DNA of 64,000 bases from Pecten maximus. Taxonomy: Eukaryota. How positions within the stretch are numbered: the first letter of the stretch is position 1; the number at the start of each line of letters is the position of its first letter. Shown piece by piece: positions 11,401 through 22,090 of the stretch. The notes beneath the pieces are model-generated. The model saw nothing but the letters and a program-made list of their open reading frames with translations. It had not been told where the DNA came from and searched no databases. A program made the position numbers and the translations under genes. Where the stretch lies: assembly GCF_902652985.1 (NCBI RefSeq), contig NC_047016.1:27590001-27654000 (forward strand), in the 5' to 3' direction.

Positions 11401-14158
11401 TCAAAAACGGTTTCCCCAAGAAGTTCAGGACACACTGAAAAGAAATATGTATGTCGATGACTGTCTGACCTCCGTTGCTACAGAGAAGAAGGCGATTAGT
11501 CTTATACATGATGTGACTCAAATGTGTAAATCCGGAGGATTCCGACTTACCAAATGGACGAGTAACAGTGATGTGGTTGTGGAATCTATTCCAGAGGGTG
11601 ATCGTGCCCAAGAAGTCAAGTTGTGGAGTCTGGATAGTAAGCCACCTATCGAAAGAGCTCTCGGAGTTTATTGGTTCATGGAGAATGACTCCCTTGGATT
11701 CCAAATTCAGATGAAAGACAAGCCCGTTACTAGAAGAGGTATTCTATCAGTAACCAGCTCAGTGTACGATCCTTTAGGAATTGCATCCCCGTTTGTTCTT
11801 AAGGCCAAGTCAATTCTGCAAAGACTTTGTAGGGATGGTAAGGGATGGGATGAGGAGATCACAGGAAAAGATCTGAAGGACTGGACCGATTGGCTGCTTC
11901 AGCTACCTGAACTAGAGCATGTTACCATTGATCGGTGTTACAAAGGGAAAAACCTCGGCAAGGTAACCTCCTGTCAACTTCATGGTTTCGCAGATGCAAG
12001 TGACATTGGATATGGAATGGTATTCTATCTTCGACTCGTTGATGTCACTGGAAAGATCCACTGCTCGTTCTTGTTCGGGAAGGCGAGAGTCGCACCACTG
12101 AAGGCAGTGACTATACCCCGGATGGAACTTACAGCTGCCTCTTCTCTAGTGAAGTTGGGCAGGATGGTGACAGAACAGCTGAATTACAACATAGATCGTT
12201 TCTTCTTTTGGACTGACAGCACTTCAGTCTTAAGGTATATCGCAAACAAGAATTTGCGCTTCCACACGTTCGTAGCTAACCGCATTGCTCTTATCCACGA
12301 AGCTACGTCGGAAGATGACTGGTATTACATCAACACTAAGGAGAATCCAGCTGATGTTGCATCAAGAGGAACGAGCATTTCGAAGTTGCCTGACTCGTGG
12401 ACTCGTGGACCAATGTTCCTCTGGAAATCCGAACGTGAATGGCCCGTTGTGGAAAAGGATGTTAAGATCGCGGATAAAGAGGATGATCCTGAAATAAGGA
12501 CGACTGCGTGCGCTACATCAGTTGTTTTAGACACAAACAGTGGTGTCGAAAATCTTTTCGACTATTACTCCAACTTTAATAAGCTTAGGAGAGCTACTGG
12601 ATGGCTTATGAGAGCTATGGACAACCTGCAGGGAGCTGTTGAGAGGAGCCGGCAGATAAAACAGGACATCAGCAGTTCAGAATCTGATCCTGTGAAACGC
12701 GACCAGAAAATAAAGTTAGCATTGTCGAAAGAGAGACAGAGTAGACTTCTCAAAGGACAGAAAAACCTTCGTACAGCGTGCCTGTCTGTGGATATTCTGG
12801 AACGAGCTGAAGCCGCGTTGATTAAGTATGAGCAACGAAAGTACTTCGCAGCCGAAAGCAAGATCCTTCACCAGGACAATGGTGTTCAGTCGCGAAAACT
12901 CAAGAAGACTTCGAAATTATTCAAGATGGACCCCTTTGTTAAAGATGGTGTCATTCGCGTAGGAGGGCGTCTTGAAAGAGCTGAAATTTCGTATGATGCA
13001 AAACACCCAGTGGTGTTGCCTAGGGAATCTGTCGTATCGAGACTCGTTGTGGATGATGCCCACAGATCATGTGGTCACTTAGGAAAGAACACTGTTCTTG
13101 CATTCATTCGAGAAAAATATTGGATTGTTGGTGCTCGCACTCTGGTGAAATCTATTCTTTCCAAATGTGTGACTTGTAGGAAATACAGAGCTCCATGTGT
13201 TGAGCAAAAGATGGCAAACTTACCCGCAGAGCGACTCGCAGCTGATCAGCCTCCTTTCAGCAGAACTGGGATGGACTTCTTCGGACCCTTTGAACTGAAA
13301 CGTGGAAGGAGTGTGGTAAAGCGATATGGGGTATTGTTTACCTGTCTTGTGACTCGTGCGGTCCATTTAGAAGTTGCTGCGTCGCTCGATACAGATTCTT
13401 GCATCAACTCCATTCGAAGATTTATCGCTCGCAGAGGAAAACCTGTATTTATTAGATCGGATAACGGAACCAACCTTGTAGGTGCTCAACGAGAAATGAA
13501 GGAAAATATTCAGAAATGGAACACAGACAAAATTCGTGATAACATGTTGCAGAGTAGCATTCAGTGGGAATTCAATCCTCCCTCCGGTTCTCACTTCGGC
13601 GGAGTCTGGGAAAGACTCATTAGGTCTGTGAGACAGGTGTTGTACTCTGTTATGCATGAGCAGAATGCGAAACTAGATGACGAAGGACTTCAGACACTCT
13701 TTTGTGAGGTAGAGGCTATCTTAAATGGACGCCCGTTAACTGAAGCATCGGATAACGTAACTGACCTACGGGTTTTGACCCCAAACCATCTGCTATTGCT
13801 TCAGCCTGGAGAGTATTTCCCACCTGGAACATTCGTCGCCACGGATAACTATGCCAGAAGGAGGTGGAGACAGATACAGTACCTTTCAGATATTTTCTGG
13901 AATAGGTGGACCAAGGAATACTTACCGCTTCTGCAAGGACGCCAGAAATGGATGAAGAAACGACGCAATATGCAGACTGGAGATCTTGTGCTGATCGCTG
14001 ATAGTACACCTAGGCATGCGTGGATAACCGGTAGGATTCAGGAAGTTGTGAAAGACAAACATGACATTGTGCGATTCGTGAAGGTTAAGACCCCTTCCAA
14101 TGTGTTAACGCGTCCAGTGACCAAACTCGTGCTCTTGCTCGAGTCAGACATTGAGTAA
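8435..14158 (+). CDS. BEL/Pao gag-pol polyprotein (Gag, zinc knuckles, aspartic protease, RT, RNase H, integrase)
   Basis: 1907-aa ORF: KFSGDPLEY (Gag); CFFCDSTSHSLDTC, CFGCLKKGHLSKRC, CGICNKSHPSILH (knuckles); FLDTGS (protease); RVVFDCS, GDIEAMF, YVDD (RT); LHGFADAS, PRMEL, WTDS, NPADVASRG (RNase H); HRSCGH..CVTC, DFFGP, SDNGTN, GGVWERLIRSV (integrase). Confidence 0.97.
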   Translation: MRFEKYLELYDILLPQVSSHEHDEFVQRFNENYGSAKQFKSWIENYISSRSAMTLSKNTLSVAEELSVAGEKIDQGIIKKTDPEADDNVSVSSTASSYASLKRIKEEQVRVELETRKLALSKKHEIELAKLSLKLKEEELELDTGIAVAQARSGVLDKYDSNENLNASVDQALAFEQPRFTSPKPRPLPVRFTDESVCASPPPVLYDRPRPHMTGVAEVSSRTLPEQYVDSSHSQTVVQSVVQHLRKPVAEVKKFSGDPLEYRRFIRQFHSKVVINTDDDDERMNYLEQLTFGDAHKVVSGFSHLNGDKAYKAAMSQLEDRYGDEEVIATAFIKKALDWPTIRPGDPKALDDFSLFLVECDNAVGTESNGVLDYSDNIKKLMLKLPFYLHDKWRNQVYKYKEAKRKVRFKDLVKFVKTEAKKINDPTYGSIATGTSRPKTPQKIARSSNAVPEIVTDSIPKSTSDTVPPPAPNYKCFFCDSTSHSLDTCKKITAKPMNERVNFIKEKGLCFGCLKKGHLSKRCRNRSKCGICNKSHPSILHNEESSSVVSVSNASTGYAIAKEDQKGDVSCAMAIVPVRIRLRDKPHSIETYAFLDTGSSASFCTETVMKQLGARGKKTQLTLSTMGEPFIMNTFSISGLQVSDIDSENAIDLPRVFTKEKMPVSKKHIPTQAEVSRWEHLAKVSLAEPNCEIGLMIGSNVPDAYSPIEILAGPSGSPHATRTKLGWVVWNVLRESGTIQVNRVHIQDESGEDIEDMVKRSMNLDFPERLIDDRKENSREDKQFLDMAENSIYKDGEHYCVSLPFRNMVTILPDNSVMAKRRLRSIENRFKADPKFKEDYTTFMETLLEKGHAEPAPVGFDKGKVWYIPHHGVYHKKKNKIRVVFDCSARYQGVSLNDNLLQGPDLTNNLLGVLMRFREEPVAVIGDIEAMFYQVKVPVNERDYLRFYWWPNGNTANEPRSYRMTVHLFGASSSPSVCNFALQKTAEDSQKRFPQEVQDTLKRNMYVDDCLTSVATEKKAISLIHDVTQMCKSGGFRLTKWTSNSDVVVESIPEGDRAQEVKLWSLDSKPPIERALGVYWFMENDSLGFQIQMKDKPVTRRGILSVTSSVYDPLGIASPFVLKAKSILQRLCRDGKGWDEEITGKDLKDWTDWLLQLPELEHVTIDRCYKGKNLGKVTSCQLHGFADASDIGYGMVFYLRLVDVTGKIHCSFLFGKARVAPLKAVTIPRMELTAASSLVKLGRMVTEQLNYNIDRFFFWTDSTSVLRYIANKNLRFHTFVANRIALIHEATSEDDWYYINTKENPADVASRGTSISKLPDSWTRGPMFLWKSEREWPVVEKDVKIADKEDDPEIRTTACATSVVLDTNSGVENLFDYYSNFNKLRRATGWLMRAMDNLQGAVERSRQIKQDISSSESDPVKRDQKIKLALSKERQSRLLKGQKNLRTACLSVDILERAEAALIKYEQRKYFAAESKILHQDNGVQSRKLKKTSKLFKMDPFVKDGVIRVGGRLERAEISYDAKHPVVLPRESVVSRLVVDDAHRSCGHLGKNTVLAFIREKYWIVGARTLVKSILSKCVTCRKYRAPCVEQKMANLPAERLAADQPPFSRTGMDFFGPFELKRGRSVVKRYGVLFTCLVTRAVHLEVAASLDTDSCINSIRRFIARRGKPVFIRSDNGTNLVGAQREMKENIQKWNTDKIRDNMLQSSIQWEFNPPSGSHFGGVWERLIRSVRQVLYSVMHEQNAKLDDEGLQTLFCEVEAILNGRPLTEASDNVTDLRVLTPNHLLLLQPGEYFPPGTFVATDNYARRRWRQIQYLSDIFWNRWTKEYLPLLQGRQKWMKKRRNMQTGDLVLIADSTPRHAWITGRIQEVVKDKHDIVRFVKVKTPSNVLTRPVTKLVLLLESDIE

Positions 14159-14321
14159 TGGATACGGTGAACGCTTGAGTGAAAGGACAATTCGAACTAA
14201 AATATCAGATGTACTTTTGTAATTGTAATTATTGTATGATTAAGCATAATGATTTAATTGATGTGTTTGATGGTTATTAGGCCGTTTTTGCGAATTGATA
14301 ATCTCGGTTGAAGCCTCGATT

Positions 14322-14333
14322 AAGGGGCCGGTA
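14322..14333 (+). promoter_or_regulatory. Polypurine-tract-like plus-strand primer site
   Basis: AAGGGGCCGGTA directly before the 3' LTR, the usual BEL/Pao form. Confidence 0.75.
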
Positions 14334-15179
14334 TGTTACGGCCTAAATGTTAGTTTTATGTTGAATTTATTGTTTAGTTTCATTTGTGGTAATTTTGTTA
14401 AGATTCCGGAAAATACGGTTATCCGGTTTCCGGTTTTAGTATAGACGAATATTATGGGATAGCGTTATCCAAGCGCAGCACATGTTTTGAGTATGAGAAG
14501 ATTCGTTCGGACTATCGTAGGATACGATACGGTAACTAATTACTGTTGAATGATTTGAATATGATTTATGCTTGTTTAGGAATCCATGTCATCATGTTAT
14601 AATGTCATTTTGGATAATTCGGCCAATATATAAATATGTCAGTGAACCGTGGACAGACGACAAGTCCCTCGTGCATTCTAGTCTATCACTTGATTTCTGC
14701 TGTATTTGTATGCTATGATATGATTGATACATTGCTGTTTCATTGCTGTTTAACTCGCTATAAATGTGTAAGAGTAATAGTATCGTAATAGTATTGTATT
14801 TTGCTATATTTATCAGGTTCGGTTAAATTCATTCTGGGCCGAAACGTCCTAGTCTTGTCAAGTCATGTGTATTGTATACTGAATAGTAGAGGGCGAGTTG
14901 TCTCGATCTCATCTACAGATCAAACTCGTCATGTGTTATAGATGATAAGGCATAATAGTAACTGTTGCTTAGTTAATTAGTCTAATAAGTACTGTTTCTT
15001 TTCGTTACAGTCAATCTATCTACGTAGAACTATCATTGAGTCACTACACCTGTACTGTACATGTATGTAGTTGAACTGATGTCAAAGATAATAAACACAG
15101 ATGAAGCCAGGAAGATGGAATTGACCTCATTTATTATTACGATAGCCAGAACGATTTCGAGGCGTATTCGACGCCTACA
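14334..15179 (+). repeat. 3' LTR (846 bp)
   Basis: Matches the 5' LTR except one T>C (GTTGTTTCG vs GTTGTCTCG) and a 3-bp indel (AGTAATTACTG vs AGTAACTG), by eye. Confidence 0.97.
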
Positions 15180-15441
15180 ATAATATTGGACAATGGTAAT
15201 GTCTCTGTCTTCGAATTGATTGATAAGTAATTTAGGTCTTGTCAACACAGCTCACGCCGAAGGTTTCTTATTTAGTATGTACAGGTATGTGCAGCCTGAA
15301 ATATCAGAGTTACTTCCCTTTACCCAATTATAAAATGTTGTTTGTGGCCCCATATTATGTAAGACTTGTGCATGTTTCATGTGATACAGGCGACGTTAAT
15401 AACTTGTTTTATATACATACAATTAGTATAAGACAAAGTAT

Positions 15442-15796
15442 TATTATTATTATTATTATTCTCTTTATTTCCTCCAAAATGAAGATTTTATAAACAGAAT
15501 ACATACATAAGTATATATACAAATACATTTGAATGACATGCATGTAGGAATAATTAAATGTGCATAATTTTTTACAAGTGGAATTAACAATAGACTTGTG
15601 CATTATAGTCGATTAGTGGTACTATGTACATAGTCTACGATAATATGTCTCTATAAACAGACATTACATTTAAGGTGCATTCGAATATCACTTTCTAGAC
15701 ATATATATTTCACATACTCATATATTAAATTACTATGATTAATAGATTACACTTTAAATCATACGTGCAAACCGTAATTAATGATGTATATTCATT

Positions 15797-15827
<31 letters not shown>

Positions 15828-15841
15828 GACGTCAGTCACAC
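15442..15841 (-). mobile_element. Probable 5'-truncated non-LTR retroposon 3' end between 42-bp direct repeats
   Basis: The minus strand ends AAATAAAGAG(AAT)n. It is flanked by identical TAACTTGTTTTATATACATACAATTAGTATAAGACAAAGTAT at 15400-15441 and 15842-15883. Confidence 0.6.
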
Positions 15842-16503
15842 TAACTTGTTTTATATACATACAATTAGTATAAGACAAAGTATGTTTACGTTTATTTACA
15901 TCAGACATTTCACAAACAGGGCCAGTCAGTTCGACCACATTTACAATATAATACATATGTAAAGTGAACTGTTACATTTGTATGTATTACTGTAAAGAAT
16001 ACAGATCGGAGACTGCGATTGTATTGATTACTCTTCTCATCTAAATCTTTCTAGACAATTTAAAGTACCATCTATATAATTTTGTCAGCTATCAATTAAT
16101 TTGGTATTGGCCACAGTCTATTTTTAGATACTCATTTTGAAGTTTCCATTGAGTGATTTGGTTTTAATTAAACTAATACACATTTGTCTATTTGTTAAGT
16201 TTGCATGTTATTTTCCCTTTCTTTCAGCAACACATTATGTCTTGAGAAAAGTAATTGTATGTCAACATCCATCATCTAACTACAGATAGGTTAATATCGT
16301 TTGATATCCATCATTGTTATATTTTGCCGTAATCAAATCTTAATGACAGGCTGTGTTTGTATCAACTATAGATACAGAATACCGTGTCGGTATACACCTG
16401 TGTTAGGCCTTTGTTAAACAGATCTTATTATTATCGTAATGGATAATTGACTTTACATTACAATCCTCACCCAATATTTCACCATTTTTAAGAATGAAAA
16501 TAA

Positions 16504-16523
16504 ATCATCATCATCATCAGCAT

Positions 16524-16558
<35 letters not shown>
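16504..16558 (+). repeat. (CAT)n-(CAG)n compound microsatellite
   Basis: Directly visible; not part of any ORF in the track. Confidence 0.95.
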
Positions 16559-16559
<1 letters not shown>

Positions 16560-17801
16560 TTAAATCAACATTTATCGTATAAGCATACGTGTACACTTTT
16601 ACATTCATTATCATCATTAATATTGATCATCTAACAAACTGGCTTACATGGAATCTAAATTATGTCAAAATACACACTTATCCAGACCGAAAGACAAACT
16701 AACATATATAAATGTTTTACTTTTATGCACATTTATACACACCAGTGCCAATTTATTTTTTGATATACATTGTACATGTACACACATGTATTTATACTTA
16801 CTCGGAATAATTTGATGTAGATATATCATTTATCCACATCTTACGGTTAAACGTCAGTCATTATGAAAGTATGTTTAGTATAATATATATTTGTAGATTC
16901 ACGTAGTAACACGTACACTATACTATAAAATTATAGCGTTTTGATGAGGTCTTTACATGGTTATGTTATAGTTCTTCACAATATTTCTAACCTTCCAAAT
17001 AGCATATTCAATGTTAATGGTTATTGTATCTAAAAATCTTTTTGGTCATCCTTAAAATTCTCATTTGGAATGATTTGTAAGTAATTTATGTTTCAATGGT
17101 AGATAAGGAATATGAAGATTTTCACAAAAATTACATTTTCCAAGCGATCTATCCATCACGTATACTTCTGATTCTGAAAACAATCTGTGTATTAAATTCC
17201 AATAAAACTGCTATTATTTTCTAAAAAATTGCAGTATGTTAAGTTTTTGTCTATATAATTCTCGATTTGTTTTCTCTGCAGTATCACTGTTTGTAAATAT
17301 ACTTTCCATTATGTATTCTGCATTAGGTTTACAATCAAGAATAACTATTTTTTGAAATTGTTTTTCCTTGAAGCATTTTAGGTTAAACTCTTACTCGTTT
17401 ATATGAGTTGCCCTAATTGACTTGTTTCAAATCAGAACTAATAAAATACTCTATATCATGATAATGTTCATTTATGTCATATTTTGATACTACTTTTCTC
17501 TTTTTGTTACGTTCTGGAGCCAATAATGTCGTCGTTCGTCACGTTTTTGCTCGCTTTTTCACCATCTCTCACGTCTTTTCACGTTGCTTGTCTGTCCGCC
17601 ATTCTGCCTGTCTGTTAAACTATACATTTAACAAATATAAATTTAACTTATGATAATACCTCACCCATATAACCCACACGTTGTGAAGGGGAGGGGGATT
17701 AGCACTTACTACGTCCATGGCATGTACGTGTCGTCTGTCCGTTATAAACTTTGGATCTCTTGAACCTTTGAATATATTTAGTTCAAATAAACACCATAAC
17801 A

Positions 17802-18318
17802 CCACATCAAGGTCTACACCTGACTAGATTTTGGTGGTTACACCATCAAGACCTACACCTTACTAGATTTTGGTGATCACACCATCAAGACCTACACCTG
17901 ACTAGATTTTGGTGGTTACACCATCAAGGTCTACACCTGACTAGATGTTGGCGATCACACCATCAAGACCTACACCTGACTAGATGTTGGCGATCACACC
18001 ATCAAGACCTACACCTTACTAGATTTTGGTGGTTACACCATCAAGACCTACACCTGACTAGATGCTGGTGGTACCACACCATCAAGACCTACATCTGACT
18101 AGATTTTGGTGGTTACACCATCAAGACCTACACCTGACTAGATGTTGGCGATCACACCATCAAGACCTACACCTACCTGACTAGATGTTGGTGGATCACA
18201 CCATCAAGACCTACACCTGACTAGATTTTGGTGGTCACACCATCAAGACCTACACCTGACTAGATTTTGGTGATCACACCATCAAGGTCTTCACCTGACT
18301 AGATTTTGGCGATCGCAC
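17802..18318 (+). repeat. 39-bp tandem array (~13 copies), probably the core of a larger non-autonomous element (~17660-18600)
   Basis: Unit CACCATCAAGACCTACACCTGACTAGATTTTGGTGGTTA. Diverged longer copies follow and end in GGTCAAAGGTCAC. A GTCTGTCCGT motif lies upstream, as in mollusc tandem-repeat-bearing MITE/HINE elements (inference). Confidence 0.85.
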
Positions 18319-18740
18319 TTGATCACTCTTAAAACAAAAATCCTGTCTACGTGATATCTGATGATAATAGATTACATAACAGCATCACACCTTCAAGATC
18401 TACGGCTGATTTAATTTTGGTGGCCATCGGTCAAGGTTAAAATCAGTGTTGGGCTTGACCCTTGTGAAATAAAAAAAATCATGTAGACAATACTTCACTA
18501 GCTTTTTGACAGATTTTCACACCATCAAAGTCTACACATGGTTAGATTTTAATGGTCATCGGTCAAGGTGGAAGGTCAAAGGTCACACTGGAAAAATTCT
18601 GAAAAGAAATATAGTATAAAGATAAGATAAAACCAACCCTAACACTATATTTGCTACAGATACATTTTCTTGGTAACTTTAAGTATCAACGTATACAGTA
18701 TTGTGTTTTGTTAATTTGCAGATTGAGCGGTCATTTCAAT

Positions 18741-19547
18741 ATGGATGATATGCTGATGACAGTCGTCCTATCAGTAACATTGCTGTACATGACTGTGTTA
18801 GCGATATGGATTTTTCCAGACCCGATTATTTTACTGTATACAACGTTACATACATTCCTGGTACAAATATCATCGGTGTTCAGGAACAATAGGGCATTGT
18901 CCTGTCTAATTGTTGGAGTATGTGTTTGGCTTCTGGTGGTACATATTGACAGCATAGAAACGAAAAACAAATTAATGAACATTGAAAATACTTTGTTTGA
19001 CTTAAAGGACATTGTCAAATCAAGTATCAAGGACATGAAGAAGATGGAGAAGCATTTCGAAATGTCACTTGAAACTGAAATTCTTGAATTAGAAAATCAC
19101 TTCAGGAAAACACTTCGTGTAAAAATAAACGAGTTGAACAATAAATTATTGCAGAAAATGAGAAACGCTGATAATATTTTAGACGACTTTGATGAAAGAA
19201 CAACAGATATTGAGCGGAAGGTGAAATGTTATGAGAACACATTCCGACATCTAAAGGATTACCTTCAAGAACACGACGAAAAACATGATCAGTTGGAAAA
19301 AGAAATTAATAGACTTTATCAGATGTGTAACAGCTTCATCGAAGAAGGAAAGAAATACCGATTCCACGAGGAGGAAAGAAAAGATAAATATCAGCAGGAT
19401 ATTGGTCGTCATAATCGGGAACCAAGTTTTGTAGTGAAAGTAATTAATTTTGCTATTGATATTGCCGCCGGCGCTATCGGTAACTATCTTGGCGGGGCTG
19501 TCTACAAAGCAGTGTCTTGGGTAGGATCATGGCTTGGCATAACATAG
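18741..19547 (+). CDS. Uncharacterised membrane-anchored coiled-coil protein, paralogue 1 (268 aa, single coding exon)
   Basis: Splice acceptor TTAATTTGCAG (18721), then ATG at 18741. Two hydrophobic segments, a long heptad-rich region and a Gly-rich hydrophobic C-terminus; AATAAA at ~19634. Clear similarity to 23118-23792 with the reading frame preserved. Confidence 0.8.
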   Translation: MDDMLMTVVLSVTLLYMTVLAIWIFPDPIILLYTTLHTFLVQISSVFRNNRALSCLIVGVCVWLLVVHIDSIETKNKLMNIENTLFDLKDIVKSSIKDMKKMEKHFEMSLETEILELENHFRKTLRVKINELNNKLLQKMRNADNILDDFDERTTDIERKVKCYENTFRHLKDYLQEHDEKHDQLEKEINRLYQMCNSFIEEGKKYRFHEEERKDKYQQDIGRHNREPSFVVKVINFAIDIAAGAIGNYLGGAVYKAVSWVGSWLGIT

Positions 19548-20954
19548 TAACTGTACACCTACAGCGCCGATAATAGGTATACCTCTTAAACCATACATAG
19601 ATATGGACAATTTATTTCTTTTAGGTATGCTTAAATAAACTGTTGAGAAAAATATTCAATTCTTGTTATATCTTTCCTTTTTTTCTTATCATCATTAAAT
19701 AAGATAAATGTAACTACAATATCCAACAAAAGGTCAAAATAAATGTTACATGTAAATACATCTAAGAAATAAAAACATAAGAATATTCATTTTTGCATTT
19801 AATTTCAAAGTATCTTACCTATTAATGAGAGTTATATGATCCATTGATATTTCAGTAAACTCATGTTTGTACCCTGCCTATAACAAAGCTATTGACATAT
19901 TCTATTAATTGAATTAGATTACGATTTTCATCACGTACATAATACTACATCATACAATTATACATGAAAGGTAATGCGTATATCGTGACGTAAATTGGTA
20001 AACAATTCTCCCTACACCAGGCTTCTATTCATCCGCGACTTTGATATGTTCTTATATTCGGCGAAACGATATAGGTCGTGACCAACTTGATATCGAAGTC
20101 TAGTTTCATCCATTGTTTGAATGTGAACATCAGTCGATGGTTCGTATTAGAAAATAAATCCCAATCACTACTTTGTGTGTTCTCCATATACTGTGATAAG
20201 GCTACTTCGAATACACGTTAACAAACAATAGAAGCGTGCCTTGGAAACAAATCTTTAAATTGAGGCTGTCTATATTTTTTCAGACATATCTTGTCTTAAT
20301 TCGATGGGCAAGATCTACACCTGGATATATAGATATGTACAGTATCTTCTAGTATTTACTACATAAATTTACAAGTGGAGCTAATATTTTTTTCGATTGT
20401 GCAGTAAGAGTGAAAAATATTAAAATATTATTCACACGAGTGAAATAAATTTGGTGTACTGAAGACACTGTTAGATATTCTATTTACTGTATTACATTTT
20501 CATAGAAAAACATACCTGATCAAGTTTGAATCTTCCCAATTGTCGTTTGTAAGCAGTGTTTTGATTAGTCAAATCGAAAACAATTTTATAAAAAATACCT
20601 CTTTTATAGAATGAATAAATTTGTTATTTCACTGGTAAAAATTTACTTAAAGGTTTTCCTGATTATTATCAAAAGATGGTGAAAGCGTATGAAATGTCTA
20701 AAGAAACTATACAGTCACTTAAAATTAACGTAACAGCAATATTTTTATAGAAAGGACTTAAAGTAAAGATATATTTTCACCCAATAATCTGAGAGTCACC
20801 AGATCTCGATCTCTTCTTTCCTTAAGAAGATCTGGTCTATAAATTTAAATTTCGGCACGGAAGGAATACCAAGTGGAGAATTATTGGTAAGCAAATTAGA
20901 TGTCGATCGATATCGTGTACATGTCATATGTATATATAATAGCACTGATAAGTA

Positions 20955-21400
20955 TTACCAAAGGTCATTATATGGGTCACCAAAGGTCAAAGGTCAAATT
21001 GCTTATCAATGTGGACCAATGTCGTATACATTTCATATGCATATCATATTACAGTTTGAATATATACCAAAGGTCATTATATGGGTCACCAAAGGTCAAA
21101 GGTCAAATTGTTTATGTTACATGAATATCTTGTAACAGTGTAAAGTTATTTCAATTTCAAAGGTCATCATATGGGTTACCAAGGGTCAAAGGTCAAATTA
21201 TTAATCAATGTAGATCAATATCGTATACATTTTACATGCATATTATAGAACAGTGTAAAGTTATACGTAAGGCCATTATCTGGTTGATTAAAGGTCATAG
21301 GTCAAATTATCAATTAATGTCAATAAATCGTATGTTAAGGGACATCTTTTTAAAGTAATGCTAATGGTCATTATCTGGGTCACTAGTTGTCACGTGTTGA
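20955..21400 (+). repeat. Degenerate ~90-110-bp tandem repeat rich in AGGTCA
   Basis: AAAGGTCATTATATGGGTCACCAAAGGTCAAAGGTCAAATT recurs 4-5 times with decay. Confidence 0.8.
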
Positions 21401-22090
21401 AGTGTTAATAAATATACATAAGTATTATATACATTTTATATACACTTCTCATAACAACCTAATGTGATATCAAAAGTCACCTAATGTCACAGGCTATTTT
21501 ATTTTACAAATGTCATTCAATATCGTTTATACATTGTATCATGTAAGCATATCTTATCGCAACGTCTATGACCATGTAAACTGGTACCGAGATCCAATAC
21601 TTGTGTGGTTCACTATTCAACGGGGTCCATTTTCAACGGGTATGTAAAGAAAATTTAATACAATGTATATGGTTCCATTTTCCACAGGGGTCTATTTTCA
21701 ACGTTACACCGGTGGTATTTCGATCGTTTCAAGGGACGCGAATAAAGGCGGCATATTGTCAGCTGTAGTCACTCGAAAAAGTAAGTAACATACATTCATA
21801 TAATTTTATGTGCGATTGAACGTTAGGTTTTATTTATAATCACCATCGATTGAAACTACCCAAGATAAGTCTTTGGTTCGTTTGATGAAATGTGAATTAA
21901 CTTGGAAACATTATTCAAATGAGTACTTAAGTATTTCGTAATTACTCCCATAATAAGCATCACTGTTGTTTGTTATCTGCCATCAATGATATGAATATGA
22001 AAAATGATTAAGATATTGGTTTATATGACCTGTATATAAAAGAAATAAATTCAAATACACAAACGTAATAAAAAGCAAAACGAATAAAGA

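Larger units (their letters stand above)
7291..15179 (+). mobile_element. Full-length BEL/Pao LTR retrotransposon
   Basis: Two TG...CA LTRs, a 5-bp TSD ATAAT (7286-7290 and 15180-15184), PPT-like AAGGGGCCGG just before the 3' LTR, and a gag-pol with PR-RT-RH-IN order and BEL/Pao motifs. Confidence 0.97.

Noticed and set aside
8569-14009. Short overlapping or antisense ORFs inside the BEL/Pao polyprotein (and likewise inside the DIRS ORFs)
   Set aside because: Shadow ORFs of long coding frames with no independent motifs.
16504-16558. Possible polyQ/polyH coding tract
   Set aside because: No enclosing ORF or exon boundaries.
18651-18740. 30-aa N-terminal extension of TM-coiled-coil paralogue 1 in the ORF track
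   Set aside because: It starts at TTG and crosses a splice acceptor at 18721. The paralogue aligns only from ATG 18741.
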